Shown in pieces: positions 1 through 10,582 of a DNA stretch of 64,000 nt. Under the pieces are notes generated by a model that was given only the letters and a program-made list of their open reading frames with translations, made no database searches and was not told where the DNA came from. The stretch lies in IMG/VR virus record IMGVR_UViG_3300033148_004664; one strand, 5' to 3'. The stretch is from an uncultured virus (IMG/VR IMGVR_UViG_3300033148_004664). Its lineage: Duplodnaviria; Heunggongvirae; Uroviricota; Caudoviricetes. Position 1 is the first letter of the stretch, and each line of letters opens with the position of its first letter. The translations under genes were made by a program, and so were the position numbers.

Positions 1-852
1 TTATTGGCGTTTGTTGGGGACGATAATATTGTACATACTACATATAAAATTCATGGAACGGTTACAGGTCGTTTAGCGAGTGAAAACCCGAATCTACAAA
101 ATCAACCGAAAGATAATTTAATTCGCCATTTCTTTGTAGCACGTCCAGGACATAAATTTATTATATGCGATTATAAAGCCGCGGAAGTTCGAGCGGTTTG
201 TTACATGGCGAAAGATGCAACATTACTTGATAGATTACTCCCGGGGCGAAATATACATATAGAAACGGCGTGTAGCATTTTCGGTGTTTCTCCTGAGGAA
301 GTAACGCCGGATATGAAAACAGCGGCGAAGGCGGTTACGTTCGGAGTGTTGTACGGACGCGGTCCTGATAGTCTTGCGGAGGCGTTGAACATTACGTATG
401 AAGAAGCACAGAATTATATCGACCAGTTTTTCAAAATGTATTCCAATGTCAGGAAATTCGTTGATAGGTGTAAACACAGGGCCAAGAATGGTATTCCTAT
501 AGAAAATCCATTCGGACGGAAACGTCGTTTATATCTTGATTATTATTTACAAACTAATGATAAGAGGAGGGTCAGTGATGCGTTACGACAAGCTGTAAAT
601 ACGCCGGTTCAAGCTACCGCATCCGATATAGTTTGTCGGCAGTTTATTAAATGTATGAAATATATACGGGAACACAATTTACCAGTTAATGTTTGTTTAT
701 TTGTTCATGATGAATTGGTTTTTGAGGTTCCCGATTCGTTGGTTGATGAGATGAAAGAGTTGTTACCTAAAATCTTGTTGTTCAAATTTCCTAATAGCGG
801 TCTTGAATTTCCTGTTGATGTAATTGTTTCTGAGCGTTGGACTAAAGAATAA
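1..852 (+). CDS. polA: DNA polymerase family A, C-terminal part (5' end lies upstream of the window)
   Basis: TGRLAS..PNLQN, motif A DYKAAEVR, motif B KAVTFGVLYG, N.PVQATASD, motif C VHDELVFE. Confidence 0.95.
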   Translation, partial: LLAFVGDDNIVHTTYKIHGTVTGRLASENPNLQNQPKDNLIRHFFVARPGHKFIICDYKAAEVRAVCYMAKDATLLDRLLPGRNIHIETACSIFGVSPEEVTPDMKTAAKAVTFGVLYGRGPDSLAEALNITYEEAQNYIDQFFKMYSNVRKFVDRCKHRAKNGIPIENPFGRKRRLYLDYYLQTNDKRRVSDALRQAVNTPVQATASDIVCRQFIKCMKYIREHNLPVNVCLFVHDELVFEVPDSLVDEMKELLPKILLFKFPNSGLEFPVDVIVSERWTKE

Positions 853-855
853 GGA

Positions 856-1503
856 GTGGGCGAGATGCTTATAACTTTTTCAGGAGCACACGGTACTGGT
901 AAGACGTGGTTGAAGGAACATTTAATCAAGTACATAAAGGATAACAAGTTATTTAATGGAGAAGTTTTGGGTATTGATGGGATAACGCGTAGTTTATTTC
1001 ATGAGGGGAAAATATCGGGACATAGTAAGAAAGCTACGGCAAAAGATCAAATTGAGATATTCAAGGAAATTTTTCTTACTTTGACGGATGATACTGTTGT
1101 ATATTCTGATAGACACTTGTATGTGAGTGCAAGAGGATTTTTTGATTTATATGCTTATACAGAGTGGTTGAGTGAATACGGAGACGGAGAAGAATATTTG
1201 AGATTTACACAGTTGTCTAATATGTTTCGTATTCTACTCACATCGTTTTATACGCATGATGCTCTATGCGGATTTTATGTTCCGATAACGGAAGAGATAC
1301 ACGATGATAATTTCAGAGAAGTTGATTCTGAGTATCAGAAACAGATAGATGAATTTATTGTAGATACGTTTGAACCTTTGTCCGTTTACAGTAATAACTG
1401 TTCTCGTAGTTTTTCATCATTATTTTCTTTAACTGGAGACAGAGAATCTATGTTGAAACAAGCAAGTGAAATAGTAGAAACTCTATTACTTCCGTGGAGG
1501 TAA
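856..1503 (+). CDS. P-loop nucleotide kinase (thymidylate kinase/AAA_28-like)
   Basis: N-terminal Walker A GAHGTGKT; RGFFDLYAY and QKQID segments resemble phage dNMP kinases. Confidence 0.65.
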   Translation: MGEMLITFSGAHGTGKTWLKEHLIKYIKDNKLFNGEVLGIDGITRSLFHEGKISGHSKKATAKDQIEIFKEIFLTLTDDTVVYSDRHLYVSARGFFDLYAYTEWLSEYGDGEEYLRFTQLSNMFRILLTSFYTHDALCGFYVPITEEIHDDNFREVDSEYQKQIDEFIVDTFEPLSVYSNNCSRSFSSLFSLTGDRESMLKQASEIVETLLLPWR

Positions 1504-1508
1504 GGATT

Positions 1509-1946
1509 ATGGCTAACATTGTTTTGTACGAAGATTGTTTTGTTGAAGGGTTAGACGACGAAACGAAGGAATTTTTACTTGAATTTGTTAATGATGAGAT
1601 CATTGAAGTCACAAAATTTTGTGATACCATTGGGAAGGATATGCGGTTCATAATTGATGGGTTTGTCAAGGATAAACGGACGTTTATGATTGTATACATC
1701 CCAAAACATGAGAAATTTACATTGTTTAGAGATGTAGAAGCTACTGTCTTTTTACCATCCGACAATGCTGAAGGTAAATTATTACATAGTGATTATGAGG
1801 ATAAGAATGGAAAACCTCGTAATATAATTTCCAGATGCGAATACGATTGTGTTGTTGTACAATGTTATTACTTAGGTGAACTCGTATATTTTGACCCCAA
1901 ATATGCCTCTCGGAAGGAGATTAATGATGCAAGTGACACAGATTAA
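1509..1946 (+). CDS. hypothetical protein
   Basis: ORF within operon; GGAGG/AAGGA upstream of ATG 1509. Confidence 0.6.
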   Translation: MANIVLYEDCFVEGLDDETKEFLLEFVNDEIIEVTKFCDTIGKDMRFIIDGFVKDKRTFMIVYIPKHEKFTLFRDVEATVFLPSDNAEGKLLHSDYEDKNGKPRNIISRCEYDCVVVQCYYLGELVYFDPKYASRKEINDASDTD

Positions 1947-2229
1947 AGTCGGGCATGAGCGAACAGTATTTCAAGAACCGTATTGTAGCGAGAAATATTC
2001 AGTTGAGTTAATGGTTGATGTCAGTGCGGAAAATCTTTCTGAATCGGAAAATATACAGGATGCAATTGAGCAAGTAAAAACGGAGGTTTACGAGGCTGTT
2101 TCTTCGTTCATAGAGCGATTCGCACCTAATGTTAAACCTTATGAGGATTTGAGAACTATCACAAATTATCCGGCAAGTTGTCAACAAAGTTCAATTGATT
2201 TAGATATACCAGAAACGGATTTGGAGTAA
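1924..2229 (+). CDS. hypothetical protein
   Basis: AAGGAG upstream of ATG 1924; overlaps previous stop. Confidence 0.6.
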   Translation: MMQVTQIKVGHERTVFQEPYCSEKYSVELMVDVSAENLSESENIQDAIEQVKTEVYEAVSSFIERFAPNVKPYEDLRTITNYPASCQQSSIDLDIPETDLE

Positions 2230-2232
2230 ATT

Positions 2233-2937
2233 ATGAAAAACGATATAATTGATAGGTTCGATCAAACATCACCTTACAAGAAATATAGGGATAGATTTAT
2301 ATCATATGATCTTCTTTTAGGTGATAAGCGGGATGATCCTGTAGCCGTTTCGGCTATGTTGGATGAATTACCCGCTGTATATGAGTATTTTTCAGAATTA
2401 TTGTCTATATCAGAAGATTATTTGAGTACATTAGAGGAACAGTATGATGCTTTAACTTCTGATATGAGAGAAATCGTAATTGAGCTTCTTAACAAGGAAC
2501 GTCAACATGATAAAAGTAAAAAATCGCCGACGATTGATGATATTAAAGGTCGGTTTAATATTATCTTTAATAAATTCAGTTCGTATCAAAACATATCAGA
2601 ACGCAAACAGGAAATAATTTCGTATTATAAAGAATATATTTTATTTTGGGTCACGAAAAATGAGGAGGGGGAAATAAATGTAGTTGAACAGAATTCTTTA
2701 GCTGAGATGTTGTTTAATAAATTGACGGAATATATCGAATTGAAGAACAAGTTACGTGAGTCCAAACGACAAACTCTTTTATTGAAAGGGAGGGTAAAAG
2801 CGTTACAGATGCGTAAAGACACATTAATTACACAAGTGAGTCTATTACGAGACATGATGGAGCGTGGATTACATTTTTACGGCAATTCACAAAGACAGAA
2901 CGAGTTTGATGATCTTGAAACATCATTCAGTCTTTAA
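2233..2937 (+). CDS. coiled-coil protein, possibly UvsY-like recombination mediator
   Basis: Helical coiled-coil pattern; sits just before SSB and RecA (function inferred from context). Confidence 0.4.
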   Translation: MKNDIIDRFDQTSPYKKYRDRFISYDLLLGDKRDDPVAVSAMLDELPAVYEYFSELLSISEDYLSTLEEQYDALTSDMREIVIELLNKERQHDKSKKSPTIDDIKGRFNIIFNKFSSYQNISERKQEIISYYKEYILFWVTKNEEGEINVVEQNSLAEMLFNKLTEYIELKNKLRESKRQTLLLKGRVKALQMRKDTLITQVSLLRDMMERGLHFYGNSQRQNEFDDLETSFSL

Positions 2938-2955
2938 TAACAGGGAGGTATTACG

Positions 2956-3849
2956 ATGGATGAGAGAACCAGACAGGAAATTTTGGAAGCAAAACGGCGG
3001 CAGGAAAAAATTCGTGAACGTGCGGGCGGTTCGTTCAATAGTGTTATTGATGTTAGAGACCTTGATCCTAACAGGGATTATGTTTTTGCTCTGCTGTCAT
3101 TATTGCCCGGGGTTGGAGCAGCGCATTGGTTTACGCCGGTCGGGGAATCTCAAATAAAACGATTTAATTGTTGTGCGAATCTCATGGAGGATGACAGTTA
3201 TGGAGATAATCCCAAGGTTTGCCCGGCGTGTTATGCAGCGGTGAATAAGCTCGTGGACATAGATATGTATCAAGGGCATTACAACGGGCCGCAAATACTG
3301 ATTTATTATCCTGCTGTTATCGGTTCGGTAATTCTTTACGAAACCGAAGACGGTACGATGAAACGTAAAATTGATTGGTCTACCCCGGGACCGTGTATTT
3401 TCTCTGTTAGACCAAGTATCAATAATATCATAGCCAATTACTTGGGCAATGTTGATTATTATGATGGAGATATACGGGCATATCTGTGGAAATTTGATCA
3501 ATCCGGCAATGGATTTGATAAGTACAAAGGCACTCAACCATTTGTAAAGCAGACAAAGATTATCCCTACTCCTAAAGAAATAATTGATAACAGGGATAAA
3601 ATACTTGAGCAGTTGCCTTCTATGAAAGAACTGCTCAAACCGACTTCGCCGGAAGAGATGGCGGATGCACTCGGTATTTCTATGGATGAAATACAGGAGA
3701 TAGAAACTACACCGAAGCCAGTTTCTAACAAAAAAGGAAATACTACTCCCAATTCTCCATCTGAGGTTGCTGGCAATAACACATCTATTCCTGAAGACGA
3801 AGTCGATGATGAGGGATTCTTCACTTTTGAAGATGATATTCCTTTTTAA
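2956..3849 (+). CDS. single-stranded DNA-binding protein (phage type)
   Basis: Acidic tail ending EDDIPF; Cys/His cluster (HWF..CC..CPAC); adjacent to recA; RBS GGGAGG. Confidence 0.7.
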   Translation: MDERTRQEILEAKRRQEKIRERAGGSFNSVIDVRDLDPNRDYVFALLSLLPGVGAAHWFTPVGESQIKRFNCCANLMEDDSYGDNPKVCPACYAAVNKLVDIDMYQGHYNGPQILIYYPAVIGSVILYETEDGTMKRKIDWSTPGPCIFSVRPSINNIIANYLGNVDYYDGDIRAYLWKFDQSGNGFDKYKGTQPFVKQTKIIPTPKEIIDNRDKILEQLPSMKELLKPTSPEEMADALGISMDEIQEIETTPKPVSNKKGNTTPNSPSEVAGNNTSIPEDEVDDEGFFTFEDDIPF

Positions 3850-3867
3850 GAGAAGGGGAAATGTAAT

Positions 3868-4845
3868 ATGAGTAATAATATTGAAGATGCAATAAAAACT
3901 GTTCGTAAAAAATTCGGTGAATCCAGTGTATTTGTTATGTCTGATAAGCGAGGGGAGTCAATCCCCTCGCTATCAACAGGTAATGTGCTTTTGGATGAGG
4001 CTATAGGTGTCGGAGGGTATCCATGTGGTCGGATTGTAGAGATATTCGGTGCGGAAGGTTCCGGGAAATCTTCTTTAGCCCTGATAGGAGTATCTCAAGC
4101 ACAACAACATGGAGGAGTAGCGGCGTATATTGATGCGGAACATGCTTTGGATCCTCTGTATGCCAAAGCATTAGGTGTTGATATAGACAACCTTTTAATT
4201 TCCCAGCCTACTACAGCTGAAGAGGCGTTACAATTATACGATTTTTATTTAAAAGAAGATCTTGTTAATATAGTTGTATTGGATTCCGTTGCCGCACTTG
4301 TACCGCAGGCCGAGTTGGAAGGGGATGTTGGAGATTCTTATGTAGCTGTTGTAGCACGTATGATGTCGCAGGCTCTTCGGAAAATAAAAGGAAGTGTTAA
4401 TAAGACAAAAACTGTGGCATTATTTATTAATCAGACACGTACTCGAATAGGTGGATATGGTTTCGGCGATGATCAAGTGACCCCGGGCGGTAAAGCATTA
4501 AAATTTTATTCGTCATTACGTTTGAAAATTTCACGAATAGGTTATGAAAAGGATGGTGATACTATTATTGGGAGTAAAATGCGGATTCAAATTATTAAAA
4601 ACAAAGTAGCTCCGCCTTACAGGGCGGTAGAAACAACATTGTTTTTCGATCGCGGATTTGATACTGTGTATGATTTTCTTGATAAGTGGGTGGCGGCTGG
4701 TGTTGTTAAAAAATCCGGCACATGGTATTCGTATAAGGATACTAAATTAGGTCAGGGTAAACGTGGAGTATCGAATTTTTTACGATCTAATGATTCTACA
4801 TTGAACTCTATTATGGAGGATTACAGGGGATTATGCAGAAAATAA
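3868..4845 (+). CDS. recA: RecA recombinase
   Basis: GRIVEIFGAEGSGKS, YIDAEHALDP, DSVAALVP, ARMMSQALRK, TPGGKALKFY, KNKVAPP. Confidence 0.97.
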   Translation: MSNNIEDAIKTVRKKFGESSVFVMSDKRGESIPSLSTGNVLLDEAIGVGGYPCGRIVEIFGAEGSGKSSLALIGVSQAQQHGGVAAYIDAEHALDPLYAKALGVDIDNLLISQPTTAEEALQLYDFYLKEDLVNIVVLDSVAALVPQAELEGDVGDSYVAVVARMMSQALRKIKGSVNKTKTVALFINQTRTRIGGYGFGDDQVTPGGKALKFYSSLRLKISRIGYEKDGDTIIGSKMRIQIIKNKVAPPYRAVETTLFFDRGFDTVYDFLDKWVAAGVVKKSGTWYSYKDTKLGQGKRGVSNFLRSNDSTLNSIMEDYRGLCRK

Positions 4846-6002
4846 AGAAATTGCAAATACACAATTTCCAGAGCCATGCTGATAGTGTATTAGATTTTTC
4901 CGATGGATTGAATATTATATTAGGCGAATCTCAAGCGGGTAAAACTTCTATTTTCAGGAGTCTTGTTAAATTAGTGCGTGATGAACCTTTAGGAGGTGAT
5001 TTTGTTAGTCATTGGGGTAATAAATGTTCTGTGACGATTGAAGGGAATGATGGAACAAAAGTTACACGAGAGATTCAAATACGACGTGATAATACTGGTC
5101 GTGCGAAGGTTGATAAGCATTCATACATAGTAGAGCAACCAAATGGAGGACGTGAGTTATATACGGGGTTCAACAGAACTATACCGGATGAAGTTAAAAA
5201 TGCTATCGGGTTTCCGTTGATTACTGTAGGAGATAATGATATTGATTTACATTTTGCTGGACAACATGACGCATATTTTCTTGTATTGAAATCTCATGCT
5301 TCTTTAAGAGTGAAGTTGTTTAGTTATTTATCGCATAATGATGTTATAGAACAGGCACGAAGTTTATTGCGCACTTCGATCCGTAGTTTGAAATCTCTCG
5401 TGAAAGATGATGAGCAACAGTTACAAGAATTGGAAAGTTCAATAGATGAGTTGAGAACATTTAAGAAATCTCAACCATTGTTGAAAGATGCCGGCAAGCA
5501 TTTGAGTGAAGTACAGAAACTATATGAGTTACTTGAGCAGTGTAACAATTATAAACGTGTACAAAGTAGGATAGAACGATTAGATTCTTTGATACAACGT
5601 TTGAATTCTTATGTAGTCATTCTGGATTCTTCATTCAGTGAAGCAGATGAGAAAAGAAAAGAATATGATTCTTGGGTGGATCTATGGAGAAAATTCAAAG
5701 ATGTATCTTACACTTTGAATGCGATACCAGAGCTTTCTACTTTATCTGATTCTTTGAATGATACGGAGGATTTAGTTAAACGGGGAATACAGAAAAGTAA
5801 AGATTTGGAAGAACATTTGTATCGGTTAAAAAGAGTTCGAGACGATATTAGTTCTTCTGCGAATATAGCAGAGCATAATATTAATCAGTTGAATAATGTC
5901 AAGAATGACTTTATTTCATTACTACAGGAAACACAGACATGTCCTGTGTGTTACTCACCGATAACCGAAGAAGAGATAAAACGAATAACGGAGCGGATAT
6001 GA
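4833..6002 (+). CDS. SbcC/Rad50-like ATPase, N-terminal half
   Basis: IHNFQSH, Walker A GESQAGKTS, coiled coil, zinc hook CPVC near C-terminus; no Walker B. Confidence 0.85.
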   Translation: MQKIKKLQIHNFQSHADSVLDFSDGLNIILGESQAGKTSIFRSLVKLVRDEPLGGDFVSHWGNKCSVTIEGNDGTKVTREIQIRRDNTGRAKVDKHSYIVEQPNGGRELYTGFNRTIPDEVKNAIGFPLITVGDNDIDLHFAGQHDAYFLVLKSHASLRVKLFSYLSHNDVIEQARSLLRTSIRSLKSLVKDDEQQLQELESSIDELRTFKKSQPLLKDAGKHLSEVQKLYELLEQCNNYKRVQSRIERLDSLIQRLNSYVVILDSSFSEADEKRKEYDSWVDLWRKFKDVSYTLNAIPELSTLSDSLNDTEDLVKRGIQKSKDLEEHLYRLKRVRDDISSSANIAEHNINQLNNVKNDFISLLQETQTCPVCYSPITEEEIKRITERI

Positions 6003-6003
6003 A

Positions 6004-6975
6004 ATGAAATTCATTCATTTTACAGACTTACATTGTAAAGGTTCAACCCCACGTAGTAGGAAAGATGACTATTTTCTTACGGTAAAACAAAAACTTGATT
6101 TCGTTGTTTCACGAGCCAACGAGGAAAAAGTAAATGCAATACTATGTTCCGGCGATTTATTCGACACAGAGGTTGTATCCGACGGTATAAAGAATGATAT
6201 TATTTCTATATTAAAAAAATCTAAAGTGCCGATATATACTTGTTTGGGTTCTCATGATATTTCTTCATACAACTTAAATACGATCCGACGTACTACAATA
6301 GGGGTATTGGCGAATATTGGTTTACTCGATATTTTGAATGAACCGGTTGTTTTGAGTGATGGAGATATTAGCGTGGGAGTTGTCGGAAAACATCATACGT
6401 TTGGTATTGACGATTCTCCTGACAATTATAAGTTACCTACTGAGTGTGATGATATTAAGGTAAATTATTGGATACAGTTGGTTCATGGAATGATTGTTCC
6501 CGATAAGATGCCTTTTTGTGATTATACTCTGGTAGATGATTTACCAGTAGATTCAATCGGTGATATAATGTTATGCGGGCACTATCACCCGGGGTTTGAA
6601 CAGACAAGAACTACTTCTACTGGAAGAAAAATATCTATTTATAATCCTGGGAGTTTGATGCGAAAAGAACATACTGATCGAAGTCCCAAGATATATCTTA
6701 TTACTCTTGATAATTTTGGGTATGAAATACGATCTATTAATGTGCCGCATATTCGTGATGTTTTTGTGGAGACATCAACAACTTTTTCTGAAGATGAAAG
6801 ATCTGCTCGGATGGCGGCGTTCTTGAGTGATTTAAAGAAGCACGTCGAGTTATCTTTAGGGGGTGATATAAAAGAGGTGATACGTTCTGTAGGAAAACAG
6901 CAGGGAAAATCACAGGAAGTTATTAATTATTTGTTGACGTTGATACATGATATTGAGGCGTCTGAGTACAAATAG
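6004..6975 (+). CDS. sbcD: SbcD/Mre11-like metallophosphoesterase nuclease
   Basis: DLH, GDLFD, GSHD, HG, GHYH, NPGSL motifs. Confidence 0.88.
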   Translation: MKFIHFTDLHCKGSTPRSRKDDYFLTVKQKLDFVVSRANEEKVNAILCSGDLFDTEVVSDGIKNDIISILKKSKVPIYTCLGSHDISSYNLNTIRRTTIGVLANIGLLDILNEPVVLSDGDISVGVVGKHHTFGIDDSPDNYKLPTECDDIKVNYWIQLVHGMIVPDKMPFCDYTLVDDLPVDSIGDIMLCGHYHPGFEQTRTTSTGRKISIYNPGSLMRKEHTDRSPKIYLITLDNFGYEIRSINVPHIRDVFVETSTTFSEDERSARMAAFLSDLKKHVELSLGGDIKEVIRSVGKQQGKSQEVINYLLTLIHDIEASEYK

Positions 6976-6987
6976 GAGGAATTAAAA

Positions 6988-7254
6988 ATGAATACTGTTG
7001 TGTCGCAGTTTGAGTCTTACAAGAATAAGATTGAAAAACTGAAAATGGATTTGGCGCGTTTGGAAGAACAGAAAAGACATTTACAAGAAGAACAGGAAAA
7101 ACTTGAGGATCTATTGCGGGAACGCGGGTATTCCGTAGATGATATTGATGAATTAATCGCTTCTATTGAAAAAGAAATAGAGCATTATAAAGAAGTGATT
7201 GAGGAAAATATTTCCAAAGCGGAGGCTATTATAAATGAAGCACTTGATAAGTAA
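6988..7254 (+). CDS. short coiled-coil protein, probable SbcC-associated subunit
   Basis: Heptad pattern; lies between sbcD and SbcC C-terminal half; RBS GGAGG. Confidence 0.6.
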   Translation: MNTVVSQFESYKNKIEKLKMDLARLEEQKRHLQEEQEKLEDLLRERGYSVDDIDELIASIEKEIEHYKEVIEENISKAEAIINEALDK

Positions 7255-7870
7255 ATATAATAGTTTAATATCAACATATAAGACATTGAACGGGAAGTTA
7301 GAAGAGCGCGAGAGCAGAAAAGAACAATTATCACAACGTGTTGAAGGCAACAAGAAAAAGTTACATTTATATGAGGATGCGATAGAGGTTGCCGAAACTG
7401 TCGGTCGTTTATATCAAGAACAGGTTTTTGGAAGAATTGATGCATTAGTTACGCAAGCATTAAGAGCTATTTTCGATGATGATTCATGGGAATTTCACAC
7501 ACGTATTGAATATAAACGTGGACAGCCGGAGGCATATTTTGAGCCTACGCATTATGAACACGGTAAGAGAATACATGGAGATTTATTGTTCGTAAACGGC
7601 GGAGGTGTATCGGATGTTATCAGTTGTGCTTTGAGATTAATTATTGCAGAGATAGCTGGTATTCAGGGGGCGATTTTCTTCGATGAACCGGCACGCATGT
7701 TATCTGGGGGTTATATGTCTAATTTTGCTCGATTTTTGAAAGATTACTCCGAAAAAACCGGCCGGCAGATAATACTTATAACACATTCATCGGATATAGC
7801 GTCTGTCGCGGATAAGAGTTTTTATGTTTCACAAGATCATACGGGCAAGAGTATTGTATCGGTAATGTGA
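7235..7870 (+). CDS. SbcC/Rad50-like ATPase, C-terminal half
   Basis: Signature-like NGGG, Walker B FFDEP, H-loop IILITH. Confidence 0.85.
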   Translation: MKHLISKYNSLISTYKTLNGKLEERESRKEQLSQRVEGNKKKLHLYEDAIEVAETVGRLYQEQVFGRIDALVTQALRAIFDDDSWEFHTRIEYKRGQPEAYFEPTHYEHGKRIHGDLLFVNGGGVSDVISCALRLIIAEIAGIQGAIFFDEPARMLSGGYMSNFARFLKDYSEKTGRQIILITHSSDIASVADKSFYVSQDHTGKSIVSVM

Positions 7871-7885
7871 AGGAGGCGGTTTGTT

Positions 7886-8227
7886 ATGATGTTAAAAATA
7901 AAGACGGATACGGGAGGGTGGTGGGTGCTTGATAATGTAGAAAGTGTCTCTTACATGAACGGTGTTAATGCTTATTACGAAGATGACATAGATGAAAGCG
8001 ACCAACCTTGCATTAAACTGTATTCCAACTCAATGTTGCATCAAGAAGAAATAAAGGAACCTCCAGATTTTAATTTTATTGATATGACTACACGTCGAAT
8101 TAATGATTCGTTAATTCCATGTAAGTATATAATAATCACTATGATGGATGGTACTAAGAAGACAGTGGTATTTAGCCACGTAGCATATTTATTAAATAAT
8201 AATGGTAGAACCATTGATAAATTATAG
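7886..8227 (+). CDS. hypothetical phage protein
   Basis: RBS GGAGG; C-terminal AYLLNNNGRTIDKL. Confidence 0.65.
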   Translation: MMLKIKTDTGGWWVLDNVESVSYMNGVNAYYEDDIDESDQPCIKLYSNSMLHQEEIKEPPDFNFIDMTTRRINDSLIPCKYIIITMMDGTKKTVVFSHVAYLLNNNGRTIDKL

Positions 8228-8416
8228 CTTTTTTTATTGTTTATAAATATTGCATAATAAAAAATATTTGATATTTTAATAAAAAAGTGTATTATGTATT
8301 TCGTACCTATAAAATAGATATTAATAAAGTGTTTGGATATTATAGTTTAATCGTATATTAATATATGAAACGGCTGTTTATTTTTTAATAATTAAACGGG
8401 AATGGAGGTTTTGCTG
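8228..8416 (+). promoter_or_regulatory. AT-rich intergenic region, probable promoter(s) for the virion gene block
   Basis: ~190 nt non-coding and very AT-rich; TTGCAT at 8250, several TATTAT/TATATT elements. Confidence 0.45.
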
Positions 8417-9205
8417 ATGAAATTTATTGAAGTAAACCCGCGAGACCGCAGGAATACGAATTCGTTTAAGGAGCAATTATATATTTTAGGTCGTGGGTTG
8501 GTAGAGGCACAAAAGAGGGCGAAAGAACTTTCTCAACGTAAGCCGGATAGATTGCTTAAACGTATCGCACTTGCAAGCGGTAAATTTAAGCGATTAGGTT
8601 TTGAAGTTTATGAACAAATTCAGGGAGATGACCCAGGGAGTATCTGGTTTGTTCAGGCTGATCCTGATACTAACGAGGAATGGCTCGTGAAAGAGACGGA
8701 TTCTGATGAGGAAATTGTTCGTAATGTTGTTTCGGAATTTATGGCTAATTCTAAACCTATAAAGATACGAGCACAGGACGTGGCAAACCAATTTCCTGGA
8801 CGTGGAGACGAAGAACTTGAGCGTAATCCTATGGAATGGGTGACCGAATCTGATGAAGACGAGGAAAAAAGCGAAGAAGAAGCAGAAGAAGACGAAGAAT
8901 TAAAAGATGAAGAGGATACTGAAGAAGAAGACGAATTACCTTTTGATCTTTCCGATATTCCTGGCTCTGAACGGGATGCTTTCAATGAGGTATCGGAAGA
9001 GTTTGGAGAGGACGATGACATTAGTATTGATTTAAGTCCAGAGGACAAGAAAGTTACCGTTGATTTTCCACCGAATAAACCAACTACTACCCCGATACCA
9101 GAAGATATGAAAGAAACGGAGCAGGTTTTTAATCCAGAAAAGCCGTTCAATCGAAAATTTAATAGGCCCAGTGAGCAAGAAGAGCCTTCGCCGGAGGTGT
9201 TTTAA
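8417..9205 (+). CDS. acidic probable virion/scaffold-like protein
   Basis: RBS GGAGGT; long E/D-rich tract; first gene of the putative structural block. Confidence 0.55.
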   Translation: MKFIEVNPRDRRNTNSFKEQLYILGRGLVEAQKRAKELSQRKPDRLLKRIALASGKFKRLGFEVYEQIQGDDPGSIWFVQADPDTNEEWLVKETDSDEEIVRNVVSEFMANSKPIKIRAQDVANQFPGRGDEELERNPMEWVTESDEDEEKSEEEAEEDEELKDEEDTEEEDELPFDLSDIPGSERDAFNEVSEEFGEDDDISIDLSPEDKKVTVDFPPNKPTTTPIPEDMKETEQVFNPEKPFNRKFNRPSEQEEPSPEVF

Positions 9206-10321
9206 ATGAGTGTTGGGTTATATGCTAAACCACAATATCGTAAATCCAAAAATAAACTGCCTAAATGGTTGAATACTTCGGATTTTGTCAAGGAAGAAGA
9301 AGCACATTTAAATTTATCTTTTGCCAGTACAAATGAAAGTATTATCGTGCCCGGTACACGAGTGAAACTTGCGAAGGCTATTCATTTGAATGCTGGGGAT
9401 ATTCCTGCCGGAACACATGGAATAGTTACTAAAACTGATGGTATTACTCATGTAGTTAAATTTGCCAATCGAGTTATACAAGAAGTCAATAATGATGAGA
9501 TAATTGTTGTTGGTCAGCAAAGACAGAAAGAATCTTTTCGTGTGCCGAATAGAAAACGTGTTGTGAACAATAATAAATATGTCGATAGATACGTTTTGCA
9601 AAAAATGGCTGACAAACTTGAACGGTTGGCTAATTCTGTTGGTATGTATGCACCCGAAGTGCGGTTACTGCGTAGTTACAGAGACACGCACGATCAACAT
9701 GTTACTTCCGCGGATTTTGCTATTGAGTACCGAGACAAGAATGATATTCGTAATGTTGTAACTACTAAGGTAGTTTTTGACAGATTAAACAATTCCATCA
9801 GTCTTCCCGATTCGTTTACTACATCTTCTGGCAAACAGATTAATTTTGATAAAAAGGCGGTAGAGGAATTATCAGAGGGGCGTGTATTTGAGCCTCTTGA
9901 GCCCAAATATCCGCCTCAAGACTTTCATTATGTACATTATGATCCTGCACGTTATGGAGAAGCCTCTGTTGATGTGCGTAAACATCGAATGAAATATAGT
10001 GCTTCATTTTCATTTGATTCACCCTTAGCACAGCGAGTGATAGACGAATTATTCTCTGCCGATTCGGAATCAATTTCTGCAAAGCAAGGTGGCACAGAGC
10101 ACAAGTTCGAATCAGGAAAGTATAGAGATACGGACACGGGACTTCCAGATAGGACTGAGGCTGATGATTATGATAGTGTGCAGGCATTTTCTGATTCTGT
10201 AAGGGACTTTCATACTATGGAAGGGCGTGATGAAGAGAAGACTAAACGAGAACGGATAGAAGATAAAACTTTTACGGAAACAACAGCGACTTTTGATCCA
10301 TATAAGCATTTTGTTAAATAG
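9206..10321 (+). CDS. hypothetical protein, probable virion component
   Basis: 371-aa ORF abutting previous gene; SH3/KOW-like segment PGTRVKL..GTHGIV. Confidence 0.55.
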   Translation: MSVGLYAKPQYRKSKNKLPKWLNTSDFVKEEEAHLNLSFASTNESIIVPGTRVKLAKAIHLNAGDIPAGTHGIVTKTDGITHVVKFANRVIQEVNNDEIIVVGQQRQKESFRVPNRKRVVNNNKYVDRYVLQKMADKLERLANSVGMYAPEVRLLRSYRDTHDQHVTSADFAIEYRDKNDIRNVVTTKVVFDRLNNSISLPDSFTTSSGKQINFDKKAVEELSEGRVFEPLEPKYPPQDFHYVHYDPARYGEASVDVRKHRMKYSASFSFDSPLAQRVIDELFSADSESISAKQGGTEHKFESGKYRDTDTGLPDRTEADDYDSVQAFSDSVRDFHTMEGRDEEKTKRERIEDKTFTETTATFDPYKHFVK

Positions 10322-10333
10322 GAGGATTTTGTT

Positions 10334-10570
10334 ATGAGTATTGAGCGTACAATTGGTAATTTAGAGCACAGAGTGGCGCGTCTTGAAGCTGAACAGACAA
10401 CTAATCCCGATGTTATTTTGGATAAAGTTTTCAAAGATGATGTCAAGGAGCAGTTGAATAACCTGCTGAAGTTCGTTGAGGGGTTATCTAATCGTGTGTA
10501 TGCATTGGAGCAATTAGTACGTGAAAAAGATTCAACGCAATCGACTAAACGTAGTACCCGTAAAAAGTAA
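10334..10570 (+). CDS. small coiled-coil protein
   Basis: RBS GGAGG; LEHRVARLE and LSNRVYALE repeats. Confidence 0.6.
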   Translation: MSIERTIGNLEHRVARLEAEQTTNPDVILDKVFKDDVKEQLNNLLKFVEGLSNRVYALEQLVREKDSTQSTKRSTRKK

Positions 10571-10582
10571 GGAGTGATAAGT

